Position numbers and translations under genes: made by a program | Shown here: positions 18,388-26,824 of the stretch, in pieces | Layout of the letters: every line of letters begins with the position of its first letter | How positions within the stretch are numbered: the first letter of the stretch is position 1 | Notes under the pieces: generated by a model | Databases searched by the model: none | What the model was told of the DNA's origin: nothing | Seen by the model: the letters and a program-made list of their open reading frames with translations, nothing else | Assembly: GCF_000186885.1 (NCBI RefSeq) | Contig: NC_014972.1 | Location: forward strand, 750,001-782,000 | From: Desulfobulbus propionicus DSM 2032 | GTDB taxonomy: Bacteria; Desulfobacterota; Desulfobulbia; Desulfobulbales; Desulfobulbaceae | DNA: 32,000 bases | Direction: 5' to 3'

Positions 18388-19523
18388 TGGACCGGGCGGC
18401 AAGGGGGAACACGATGGGCGGGACAAGCGGCGCGGCGCGGATCGGCTGTTGCATCAGCGGTCATGGTTTCGGTCATGCAACCCGGGCGATCGCGGTGATG
18501 CAGGCCCTGGTCGCACGGATCGAGGCCAGGTTTGAGATCCTCACCTCGGTCCCGGCCTGGTTGTTCGGCCAATCCCTGGCCTCTCCGCACACTCTCCACC
18601 CGATGATCACCGATGTCGGCCTGGTCCAGCAGCATGCGCTGGCCGAAGATCTGCCCGCCACCCTGGAGGCCCTGGACCGCTTCTACCCGCTGGACGAGCA
18701 ACGGATCGATCAGGCCGCCGCCGCGCTGCAGGGCTGCCAGCTGGTCCTGTGCGACATCGCGCCCCTGGGGATCGCGGCCGCCAAACGGGCAGGCATCCCC
18801 TCGATCCTGGTGGAAAATTTTACCTGGGACTGGATCTATGCGGCGTACGCCGAACAGTGGCCTGACTTTGCCCCCCATGTCGAGGGATTGTCGGCCCTGT
18901 TCGCCCAAGCTGATCATCATCTCCAGGCAAGTCCGGTCTGTTGTCCAATGCGGTGCGACCGACAGGTTGATCCGGTGGCCCGCCGACCACGCGATCCAGT
19001 CGCGATCCGCCGGCGTCTCGAGTGCGGGTCGGAACAGCGTCTGATCTTGATCACCATGGGAGGAGTGGGCGGCGGGAAGCAGGAGATCGCCCTGCACTCC
19101 CTGCGTGAACGCCGTGATTTGGTGGCCGTGTTCAGTGGCCAGAGCCGGGAGGAAAAATTCAGCGGAAATCTTCGTTTTCTTGCCCAGGACGGTCCCTGGT
19201 ACCACCCTGATCTGGTGGCCGCCGCCGATCTGGTGGTCGGCAAGGTCGGCTACTCGACCGTGGCCGAGGCCTACCAGGCTGGCACCGCCTTTGCCTATGT
19301 GGCGCGGCGCGGTTTTCGTGAGTCGGCCACGCTTGAGGCCTTTCTTGACAGTCATCTGCTTTCGTGGAAGATAGAAGAATGCGACCTGCAAAGCGGCCTG
19401 TGGCTCGATACCCTGCCGTCCTGGTCAAACAGCCGTCGGGCCGTTGAGGACAGGGCAAACGGCGCGGACCAGGTGGCGGACTATCTGATCGAACTCCTTG
19501 GACAAACACATGCCAGACCTTGA
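18387..19523 (+). CDS. GT-B fold glycosyltransferase-like protein (MJ1255 / arabinokinase N-terminal-domain-like family), function unknown
   Basis: 378 aa from ATG 18387, which shares one base with the kinase stop (TGATG). ATG 18414 is an alternative start. Motifs: CISGHGFGHATRAIAV, TDVGLVQQHAL, VENFTWDWIY, VVGKVGYSTVAEA. The family assignment is from my memory of these motifs and is not searched. Confidence 0.7.
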   Translation: MDRAARGNTMGGTSGAARIGCCISGHGFGHATRAIAVMQALVARIEARFEILTSVPAWLFGQSLASPHTLHPMITDVGLVQQHALAEDLPATLEALDRFYPLDEQRIDQAAAALQGCQLVLCDIAPLGIAAAKRAGIPSILVENFTWDWIYAAYAEQWPDFAPHVEGLSALFAQADHHLQASPVCCPMRCDRQVDPVARRPRDPVAIRRRLECGSEQRLILITMGGVGGGKQEIALHSLRERRDLVAVFSGQSREEKFSGNLRFLAQDGPWYHPDLVAAADLVVGKVGYSTVAEAYQAGTAFAYVARRGFRESATLEAFLDSHLLSWKIEECDLQSGLWLDTLPSWSNSRRAVEDRANGADQVADYLIELLGQTHARP

Positions 19524-20136
19524 AGTGATCAACCTCTGCTTCCAGGACCGAGGCCCCTATTCGTTCCGCATCGACGGTGGAGAATGCGTGGGCTTGCAGG
19601 GCGCATCCGGGGCAGGCAAGAGTTTGTTGCTACGGGCCATCGTCGACCTCGATCCGCGGACCGGGAAACTGCGTCTGGGCGGCATCGATGCCGACAGGGT
19701 GCCCGCGCCCCAGTGGCGACGGTTGGTGGGACTGCTGCCGGCGGAAAGCGGTTGGTGGCTCGATCGGGTTGGCGAGCATTTTGCCGATTTCCGTTCGGTC
19801 GACGACGCCATCCTGGCAGCGGTCGGTTTTGACCGTTCGGTCGGGAACTGGCAGGTCAGCCGGCTCTCCACCGGCGAGCGGCAGCGGCTGGCCATCGTCC
19901 GTTTGCTGGCCAACGGCCCGCAGTGCCTGCTGCTCGATGAACCAACCGCCAGTCTCGACCCCGGATCGGTGGCCAATGTCGAGGCCTTGCTGTTGAACCA
20001 CTGCGGGGCGCGTCAGGCGTCGTTGCTGTGGGTCAGTCACGATCCGGACCAGCTGGCACGGGTCAGCCGACGGCGTCTGATCATGGAACGCGGCGGTCGT
20101 CTTGTTGACGCGGGAGCCCCGGCCGATGCACGTTAA
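19510..20136 (+). CDS. fetA: ABC transporter ATP-binding protein, FetA/YbbL-like
   Basis: 208 aa from ATG 19510, overlapping the GT stop by 14 nt. Walker A GASGAGKS, signature LSTGERQRLAIVRLL, Walker B LLLDEPTASLD. It is paired with a FetB-like permease. Confidence 0.8.
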   Translation: MPDLEVINLCFQDRGPYSFRIDGGECVGLQGASGAGKSLLLRAIVDLDPRTGKLRLGGIDADRVPAPQWRRLVGLLPAESGWWLDRVGEHFADFRSVDDAILAAVGFDRSVGNWQVSRLSTGERQRLAIVRLLANGPQCLLLDEPTASLDPGSVANVEALLLNHCGARQASLLWVSHDPDQLARVSRRRLIMERGGRLVDAGAPADAR

Positions 20137-20941
20137 GCCCCTTTCTCCCCTCGATCTGACCCTGGCGGCCTCGCTGCTTCTCCTTCTCGGAATCCTGTCC
20201 TGGCGGCTGCGGTTGGGGTTGAGTAAAAATCTGGCCATTGCCGCCGCGCGTACCACGGTGCAGCTGCTGCTTATCGGCCATGTGCTCAAGCTGCTGTTTG
20301 CCCACGTGCATATCGTCTACATGGCGCTCATCTCCCTGGTGATGCTGGCCGCGGCCGGACGCGAGGTGATGGCCCGCCAGCACCGATCGCTGCGAGGCAT
20401 CCAGGGCTGGCTGATTGGTTCCGGGGCCATGTTTCTTTCCTCGTTCACCGTCACCCTGCTGGCCCTGCTGGTGATTATCGGCAACGAGCCTTGGTATGCG
20501 CCGCAGTACGCCATTCCCCTGCTTGGCATGCTGCTGGGCAACACCATGAGCGGCGTGGCCCTGGCCATGGACCGGATGACCGAAACCCTGTGGCAGCAAC
20601 GCAGGGTTATTGAACAGCGGTTGCTGCTGGGGCAGACCGCCGCCGAGGCGGCGAGCGAGATCCGCCGTCAGGCTATCCGGGCCGGCATGATGCCGAACCT
20701 CAATTCCATGGCCACCGCCGGGCTGGTCAGTCTGCCCGGAATGATGACCGGTCAGATCCTGGGCGGTTCCAGCCCCATGGATGCGGTGCACTACCAGATC
20801 CTGATCATGTTCCTCATCTGTGCCGGCACCGGTTTCGGTATTGTGGCCGCCATCCGCGGCGTGGAGCGACGGCTGTTTGACGCCCGCCATCGTCTCCGGC
20901 TCGACGTCCTGCACACCACGGGAGAAGGAGGCGAGCCATGA
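20126..20941 (+). CDS. fetB: ABC transporter permease, FetB/YbbM (UPF0014) family
   Basis: 271 aa from ATG 20126, overlapping the fetA stop by 11 nt. Polytopic. Contains blocks I recall from E. coli FetB (TTVQLLLIGHVLK, IPLLGMLLGNTMSGVA, AGLVSLPGMMTGQILGG, YQILIMF). Confidence 0.82.
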   Translation: MHVKPLSPLDLTLAASLLLLLGILSWRLRLGLSKNLAIAAARTTVQLLLIGHVLKLLFAHVHIVYMALISLVMLAAAGREVMARQHRSLRGIQGWLIGSGAMFLSSFTVTLLALLVIIGNEPWYAPQYAIPLLGMLLGNTMSGVALAMDRMTETLWQQRRVIEQRLLLGQTAAEAASEIRRQAIRAGMMPNLNSMATAGLVSLPGMMTGQILGGSSPMDAVHYQILIMFLICAGTGFGIVAAIRGVERRLFDARHRLRLDVLHTTGEGGEP

Positions 20942-22746
20942 ACCCTGATGCGCCCTGGCGAAAAAGAGGTGCCATGGAACGATGTTGGCTCGACAACGGA
21001 ACCCGGGTGCCGCTCAAGATCGCCGGGATTTATCTGGTCGTGGCCGTGCTCTGGGTACTCTTCTCCGATCAGTTGGTTTCGTTCTTCGCCCGTGACCCGG
21101 AGATACTGACAGAGTTGCAGACCGTCAAGGGTTGGTTGTTTGTCGGCGGGACGGCGCTGTTCATCTTTGTCCTGCTCCGCAGGGAGTTGGCCGTGTATCA
21201 GGCGACCATGGACCAGCTGCGGCAAAACGAGCAGGCCCTGCGCGATATCCTTGATGCCATGCCCGTGGGGGTGGCCTTGACCGACGGAACGACCATCGAA
21301 TACATCAATGTCAATTTTTCCGAGCGCTTTGGCTACAGTCTCGATGAGATAGCCACCGATGAGCAATGGTTTCTCCACGCCTACCCCGAGCCGGATTACC
21401 GGGAGCCAATGATCGCCGCCTGGAAGGCGGAACTGGAGCGAGCGAGGACGCAGGGTACTCCCATTCGCCCCTTTGAGGTCAAGGTGACCTGCAAGAATGG
21501 CACGGTCCGGCAGGTTATCGCCAACACCCAGCTGATCGGCAAGCGGATCATGGTCATCCTCACCGATATCACCGAGCGGGAACTGCTGCAAAACGAACTG
21601 ATCAAGATGCAAAAACTGGAATCCATCGGTGTGCTGGCCGGTGGCATTGCCCACGATTTTAACAATATTCTCACCGGGATCATGGGTAATATCTCCTATG
21701 CCCAGGTACTGCTCGAACCGGGCCATCCCGCCTGTCAACCACTGGCTTCTGCGGAACAGGCCACGATCCGGGCAGCCGACCTGACCCGACAACTGCTGAC
21801 TTTTGCCCGCGGCGGCGAGCCGATCAAGCAGGTGGTCTCGGTCGCCGAGCTGATCAAGGAGGCCATGGCCCTGATGCTGCGCGGATCAACGGTCAAGGGA
21901 GAGACTCGATTCGACGTCGGTCTCTGGGCGATCGAGGCCGATGCGGGCCAGATCTCCCAGGTGTTCAACAACATGATCATCAACGCAGTTCAGGCGATGC
22001 CGCAGGGGGGCACCTTGACCATCGCCGCCGACAACGAGCTGATCGCCGAAGATTCGCCGCTTTCCCTGCCAACGGGACGGTATGTCCGCGTCACCATCGC
22101 CGACGAGGGATGCGGAATGGAGCCGGACGTCATGGGACGCATCTTTGATCCCTATTTCAGCACCAAGGGCACGGGCAGCGGCCTGGGCCTTGCTTCGGCC
22201 TACTCGATCGTCACCCGGCATGCGGGGGCGCTGGAAGTCGATTCCGTCGTCGGCCAGGGAACGACGTTCACCCTTCACCTGCCAGCAAGCGACACGCAGC
22301 CGTTGTCGGAGGCGGTGGCTCCCCCGGCGATGTCCCGGGCCGCTGGCAACGGTGAATCTCCGCTGGTGCTCGTCATGGACGACGAGGAGGCCATCCGCGA
22401 CCTCGCCGCGTCGATGCTGACCCATTTGGGCTACCAGGTCGCGACCTGCGGCGATGGCGAATCCGCGGTCCGGCTCTACGAGGCGGCCCTCGCAGCCGGC
22501 GCCCCGTATGCCGCGGTGATCATGGATCTGACCATACCGGGCGGCATGGGCGGCAAGGAAGCCGCCAGGCAGATTCTGGCTCGTCATGCCGAGGCTCGTC
22601 TGATCGTCTCCAGTGGGTATTCCCATGACCCGATCATGTCGGACTATCGCCTCCATGGCTTTCAAGGTGTCCTGGCCAAACCCTATAAAGTGGCGGAATT
22701 GGCACGGCTACTCGCAGCGGTGCTCGCCGAGGAACAAACGCCCTGA
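20938..22746 (+). CDS. hybrid sensor histidine kinase/response regulator (2-TM N-terminus, PAS, HisKA, HATPase_c, REC)
   Basis: 602 aa. The ATG overlaps the fetB stop (ATGA). PAS-like region runs from NEQALRDILDAMPVGVALTD to ILTDITERE. H-box GGIAHDFNNILTGIMGN, N-box VFNNMIINAVQAM, G-boxes DEGCGM and GSGLGL. The C-terminal receiver has LVLVMDDEEAIRD, VIMDLTIPGGMGG and LAKPY. Confidence 0.9.
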   Translation: MNPDAPWRKRGAMERCWLDNGTRVPLKIAGIYLVVAVLWVLFSDQLVSFFARDPEILTELQTVKGWLFVGGTALFIFVLLRRELAVYQATMDQLRQNEQALRDILDAMPVGVALTDGTTIEYINVNFSERFGYSLDEIATDEQWFLHAYPEPDYREPMIAAWKAELERARTQGTPIRPFEVKVTCKNGTVRQVIANTQLIGKRIMVILTDITERELLQNELIKMQKLESIGVLAGGIAHDFNNILTGIMGNISYAQVLLEPGHPACQPLASAEQATIRAADLTRQLLTFARGGEPIKQVVSVAELIKEAMALMLRGSTVKGETRFDVGLWAIEADAGQISQVFNNMIINAVQAMPQGGTLTIAADNELIAEDSPLSLPTGRYVRVTIADEGCGMEPDVMGRIFDPYFSTKGTGSGLGLASAYSIVTRHAGALEVDSVVGQGTTFTLHLPASDTQPLSEAVAPPAMSRAAGNGESPLVLVMDDEEAIRDLAASMLTHLGYQVATCGDGESAVRLYEAALAAGAPYAAVIMDLTIPGGMGGKEAARQILARHAEARLIVSSGYSHDPIMSDYRLHGFQGVLAKPYKVAELARLLAAVLAEEQTP

Positions 22747-22868
22747 GAAAAGGGGGGGATGCGGCGCGCATGCCACCTGCCGCGAAGGATGAAGAATTTT
22801 GCCGTATCGTTGGAGTTCGTGCCGGTCCACGCACTCAATGGTTGAACCCCAAGAGAGGAGTGCTTCGG

Positions 22869-24059
22869 ATGGGTATGGTTCATGAGATCAGGGAGCGCTT
22901 TCCCCCGATCATCTTTCTGCTTGCCTTGCTGTCGGCCTTTCCGCCGCTGGCCACCGATATGTATTTGCCGGCCCTGCCGTTGCTGCAGCACGAACTGCAA
23001 GCGCAGGCCAGCACGATCAACCTGACCTTGGTCGCCTTTTTCATGGCCTACTGCGGTTGCCTGCTGATCTACGGGCCGCTGTCCGACCGCTACGGCCGCA
23101 AACCGCCGCTGTTGGTCGGGGTAACCATGTTCATCCTCGCCTGTCTGGTCTGCGCTTTTTCCTCCAGTGCGCCGGTGATGATTTTTGGGAGGTTTCTTCA
23201 GGGCGCGGGCGCGGCGGCAGCCTCGGCGATTGTCTTCGCCATCAGCAAGGACCGGTTTTCCGGGCAGCAGCGGCAGCGGGTGTTCATTCATATCGGGGTC
23301 ATCGTGGCCACCGCGCCGATGGTCGCTCCCATTGCCGGCGGCTGGATCATCAAATTACTCACCTGGCGGTGGATCTTCATTCTTCAGACCCTGCTCGGGG
23401 CCATCGCCTTTGCCGGCGTCCTCGCCATGCGGGAATCCCTGCGGCCGCGGACACCTCCCTCATTGCGCGAAGTCGCGTTCAGCTATTTGCGCCTGATGGG
23501 TAACCGCCGCTATTTTTCCCTGCTGCTGACGGTTTCCTTGACCTGTGTGCCGGTGTTCGCCTTTATCGGCGGCTCCTCGGAAATCTATATCACCCGCTTC
23601 GGCTACAACGAGCAGCAATTCGGCTACTTCTTCGGCTTCAACGCCCTGGCCTTTGTCCTCGCCCCCCTGGCCTTCGCCCGAGTGAACCGCCGGTATTCGA
23701 TTACCCGCCTGATGCCGTGGGCCTTTGGCGGCATGCTCCTCGCCTCGTTGCTGCTGCTGAACCCCTGGCTGCCGATCCCCTGGCGCCTGACCCTGCCCAT
23801 GTTCGCTCTGACCTTCTGTTTTTCCTTTTGCCGGCCGGCAGGTAATAATCTGATCCTGGAGCAGGTGGACCGGGATACCGGTGCCGCCTCGTCGCTGATG
23901 GTCTTTTTTTATTTTTTTATCGGCGCGCTGGCGATGTGGTTTCTTTCCTTCGCCTGGGAAGACAAAGTCGTGGTTCTGGGCTGGATGGGGGTGGGTTCGG
24001 TGACCAGCACCCTGTTGCTGTGGCAGGCGGTGAAGCGACGGATACGGACCCTGCCCTGA
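22869..24059 (+). CDS. MFS transporter, Bcr/CflA drug-resistance subfamily-like
   Basis: 396 aa from ATG 22869, with AGAGAGGAG upstream. Twelve hydrophobic segments. N-terminal LATDMYLPALP and GPLSDRYGRKP motifs are typical of Bcr/CflA-type MFS. The ORF-track start at 22770 adds a non-hydrophobic leader with no SD. Confidence 0.85.
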   Translation: MGMVHEIRERFPPIIFLLALLSAFPPLATDMYLPALPLLQHELQAQASTINLTLVAFFMAYCGCLLIYGPLSDRYGRKPPLLVGVTMFILACLVCAFSSSAPVMIFGRFLQGAGAAAASAIVFAISKDRFSGQQRQRVFIHIGVIVATAPMVAPIAGGWIIKLLTWRWIFILQTLLGAIAFAGVLAMRESLRPRTPPSLREVAFSYLRLMGNRRYFSLLLTVSLTCVPVFAFIGGSSEIYITRFGYNEQQFGYFFGFNALAFVLAPLAFARVNRRYSITRLMPWAFGGMLLASLLLLNPWLPIPWRLTLPMFALTFCFSFCRPAGNNLILEQVDRDTGAASSLMVFFYFFIGALAMWFLSFAWEDKVVVLGWMGVGSVTSTLLLWQAVKRRIRTLP

Positions 24060-24080
24060 TTGGAGGGGATGTCCGCGTTC

Positions 24081-25406
24081 TCAGCTGTCGCCGATGAACA
24101 TCTGGGTGGTCAGATCCCAGCAGGTGACGATGCCGTTGCGCCATTTGGCCAGCTGCACATTGCCGTCCTGAGAGACGACGATGGCCATGACATCGTGGAG
24201 GGCGTTGCACAGGTGGTAGACGGAACGGTGGCGCGAGCCATATCCCTCGATCTTGGCGAGGGTCAGGATTTTGCCCTCGACATCGCTGGCGATGGCAACC
24301 TCGGTCAATTTGTCGAGCGAGCCGACGATCATGGCGCCGAATCCCAAAGGCCCTCGGCTGCAGGTCACCACCGCGCCATCGACCGAGGCTAGGCTGGCCA
24401 CGAACTGGGCATGCTCGTACAGCGCCTCTTCCAGGTCGTAGACCGCTGATTCATGACGCAGGTCGACGTAATCCTTCCAGGTGACGATCTTGTCCGGATC
24501 GTTGATGTCGCCCAAGGCGGTGGTCGCCAGCCGGATGGTCCTGATCATCAACTGCTGCTGTCGGCGAATGGCTTCATCGTTGTGAAAACGATATTTCATC
24601 AGGATAAACGGATTATCGCCCGAGAGTTCAGGCGGGTTGTCGTTGGCAAAAATGATGAAGGTGCCACCATGCCGATTCATCCGGGTGACGCTGATCACCC
24701 GTTTGAGCAGCTGAAATTGCAGGCTTTCGATGAACTCGTCCTGAATTTTGGCCACCGGGTAGAGCACGCTGGCCCGGAACACCTCGTGCATCTCGAGCAG
24801 GTTCTCGCGCGCCGGGGCAAAGAGCTTGTTGATCCATTTGGACTGGAAGGCATTGGCGGTGGAATCCAGCAACCGGCCGCCGTTGAGGGTGGCGATGATC
24901 TTCAGCCCGCGGCAGATGGTCAGCATGCCAGGACCGGTCACATGCACCACGAAGGTATCGGGCAGTTGATTGGTTTTCTTGTTTCCCCCGCGTTCCTGCT
25001 GCAACCAGCGAATACCGGAATTGACGAGGCCCCAGATCTGGAACCCCTTGTCCGGATGCGGCTCGATGGCCACCAGCGACCGCTCGAAGTCCACGGCCGG
25101 CGACAGGCGGCGCAATTCGTATTCATTGAACGGCCGGGCGGGCGCGAACAGCAGACGGTGAAATCCCTTGGGCGGCCCCTGGTCGGACGGAAAAAGATCG
25201 GGCGCGGCCAGAATCAGCCGCAGGGTGACCGGCCGGTCTTCCTCGCGCATCATGCTGACCTGATAGCAGGTGGAGATCAGCTGTTCCAGGGCCGCCTTGC
25301 CCGGGAGGTTGTCGGGGAGCTGTTCACCGTCGCTTTCCGCCGAAGAGGGCTGGCCATTCCATCGCTGGGTGATCAGGGCGACAAGTTCGGCGGGATAGAC
25401 ATGCAT
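24081..25406 (-). CDS. soluble protein with a C-terminal diadenylate-cyclase (DAC/DisA_N)-like domain and an unrecognised N-terminal ~230-aa domain
   Basis: 441 aa with no TM segment. The C-terminal half aligns by eye to the CdaA/DisA DAC domain. NRHGGTFIIF matches the GALIvIe block. VDGAVV is the DGA motif (coded at 24372-24380). GYGSRHRSVYHLCNALHDVMAIVVSQDGNVQL matches GTRHRAALGISExTDAxxIVVSEETGxISL, with RHR coded at 24225-24233. There is no obvious SD before ATG 25406. Confidence 0.75.
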   Translation of the reverse strand: MHVYPAELVALITQRWNGQPSSAESDGEQLPDNLPGKAALEQLISTCYQVSMMREEDRPVTLRLILAAPDLFPSDQGPPKGFHRLLFAPARPFNEYELRRLSPAVDFERSLVAIEPHPDKGFQIWGLVNSGIRWLQQERGGNKKTNQLPDTFVVHVTGPGMLTICRGLKIIATLNGGRLLDSTANAFQSKWINKLFAPARENLLEMHEVFRASVLYPVAKIQDEFIESLQFQLLKRVISVTRMNRHGGTFIIFANDNPPELSGDNPFILMKYRFHNDEAIRRQQQLMIRTIRLATTALGDINDPDKIVTWKDYVDLRHESAVYDLEEALYEHAQFVASLASVDGAVVTCSRGPLGFGAMIVGSLDKLTEVAIASDVEGKILTLAKIEGYGSRHRSVYHLCNALHDVMAIVVSQDGNVQLAKWRNGIVTCWDLTTQMFIGDS

Positions 25407-25599
25407 AGACCGTACCGGGAAAGAAAAGGGGAAAGCGGGATGGACCGTACCGTAAAAACAAATAAAACCATGGCGGCTGGATTTTGTAAACTTCTTTTCC
25501 GGTCGTGTTTTCCACGGGATGCGCGGGGTCAGCCAAGGATGGGAAAAGGGTTGTGCTGAGAAGGCTTTTGCGGTAGTAGGGAGCCTTGCGGTAGGTGGG

Positions 25600-25627
25600 C
25601 CGGCCGCTTTGGGCGGCGGGATTTTTT
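25600..25627 (+). promoter_or_regulatory. terminator-like hairpin plus T tract in the nadA 5' leader (candidate attenuator or riboswitch expression platform)
   Basis: CCGGCCGC (25600-25607), loop TTTGG, GCGGCGGG (25613-25620). This is an 8-bp GC stem with one G-G mismatch, followed directly by ATTTTTTAT. It ends 28 nt before the nadA ATG, and no + strand gene lies upstream for it to terminate. Confidence 0.45.
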
Positions 25628-25654
25628 ATCGAGAAGGAAACAGCAGAGTTGGTC

Positions 25655-26713
25655 ATGAAAAACGGAGCACGAGAAACCCTGGCGGATGTCCGCATCCCCC
25701 TAGTCAAGGTCCCTGCCCATCCTGTTCGGCTGGAATTGCCGACCCAGGAGAAAGCGGCGCTGAAAGAACGAATCAAACTCCTGCTCAACGAGCAGAACGC
25801 GGTGCTGGTGGCCCATTACTACACCGACGGCGATCTTCAAGACCTGGCCGAGGAAACCGGCGGCTGTGTGGCCGATTCCCTGGAGATGGCCCGGTTCGGC
25901 ACCGAGCATCCGGCCCAGACTCTGGTGGTTGCCGGCGTACGGTTCATGGGGGAAACCTCCAAGATCCTCAACAACGAAAAGCGGGTGCTCATGCCCGACC
26001 TCGAAGCCACCTGCTCGTTGGACGAAAACTGTCCGATCGACCTCTTTGCCGATTTTTGTGATCGCCACCCCGAGCATACGGTGGTGGTCTACGCCAACAC
26101 CAGCGCCGAGGTCAAGGCCCGCTCCCACTGGGTGGTTACCTCGGGCATCGCCTTGCCGGTGATCAGGCACTTGGCGGAAAAGGGAGAGAAGATTCTTTGG
26201 GGGCCGGATCGCCACCTGGGCCGTTATGTGCAGCGATTGACCGGCGCGGAGATGCTCCTCTGGCCGGGATCCTGCGTGGTCCACGAGGAGTTCAAGGCCG
26301 ATGCCCTGCGGCAGCTGCGCGCGCTCCACCCGCAAGCCGCGGTCCTGGTGCATCCCGAATCACCCCAGGACGTGGTCGATCAGGCGGATGTGGTCGGCTC
26401 GACCACCGCACTGATTCAGGCGGTATGCACCCTGCCCAACAAGGAGTTCATTGTGGCCACCGATGCCGGCATCTTCAACAAGATGCGGCAACTGGCACCG
26501 GACAAGATCCTGCTCGGTGCCCCCACCGCCGGCGAGGGCGCCTCTTGCGAGAGCTGCGCCCGCTGTCCCTGGATGGAGATGAATACCCTGCAAAAATTGG
26601 CGCAGACGCTGGAAACCGGGGCCGGTGAAATTCACGTGGCGGCGGACTTGGCGGCCCGGGCCCGGGTCCCGATTCAACGGATGTTGGATTTTGCCAAGAC
26701 CCTGAAAAAATAG
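25655..26713 (+). CDS. nadA: quinolinate synthase NadA (type I, E. coli-like)
   Basis: 352 aa from ATG 25655, with GAGAAGGAAA upstream. Long near-identical blocks to E. coli NadA as I recall it: [81 protein letters not shown]. Confidence 0.95.
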   Translation: MKNGARETLADVRIPLVKVPAHPVRLELPTQEKAALKERIKLLLNEQNAVLVAHYYTDGDLQDLAEETGGCVADSLEMARFGTEHPAQTLVVAGVRFMGETSKILNNEKRVLMPDLEATCSLDENCPIDLFADFCDRHPEHTVVVYANTSAEVKARSHWVVTSGIALPVIRHLAEKGEKILWGPDRHLGRYVQRLTGAEMLLWPGSCVVHEEFKADALRQLRALHPQAAVLVHPESPQDVVDQADVVGSTTALIQAVCTLPNKEFIVATDAGIFNKMRQLAPDKILLGAPTAGEGASCESCARCPWMEMNTLQKLAQTLETGAGEIHVAADLAARARVPIQRMLDFAKTLKK

Positions 26714-26824
26714 CCCGACGGCTGGGATCGAGGCAGGAGTGCCGAGGTGGATGGCGGTGGTCCGAACGGGCTGCCAACACAGCGGCAATCCTGCCCGTGG
26801 GTCCGCTTGCGGGGAAAGCGCTTT

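Noticed and set aside
23897-23920. Two T7 runs (GTCTTTTTTTATTTTTTTATC) inside the MFS gene, as a possible slipped-strand phase-variation site.
   Set aside because: They encode a plausible TM stretch (VFFYFFIG) in frame. Seven-nt tracts are short for phase variation, and there is no evidence of an alternative frame.
25562-25627. Possibility that the nadA leader is a class I NAD+ riboswitch (the nadA motif).
   Set aside because: The tandem layout and a GGTAGGTGGG-like string are reminiscent. However, I could not find the conserved ACANCCCC-type element anywhere in 25407-25654 on the + strand. I kept it only as an unclassified attenuator candidate, and a covariance-model search is needed.
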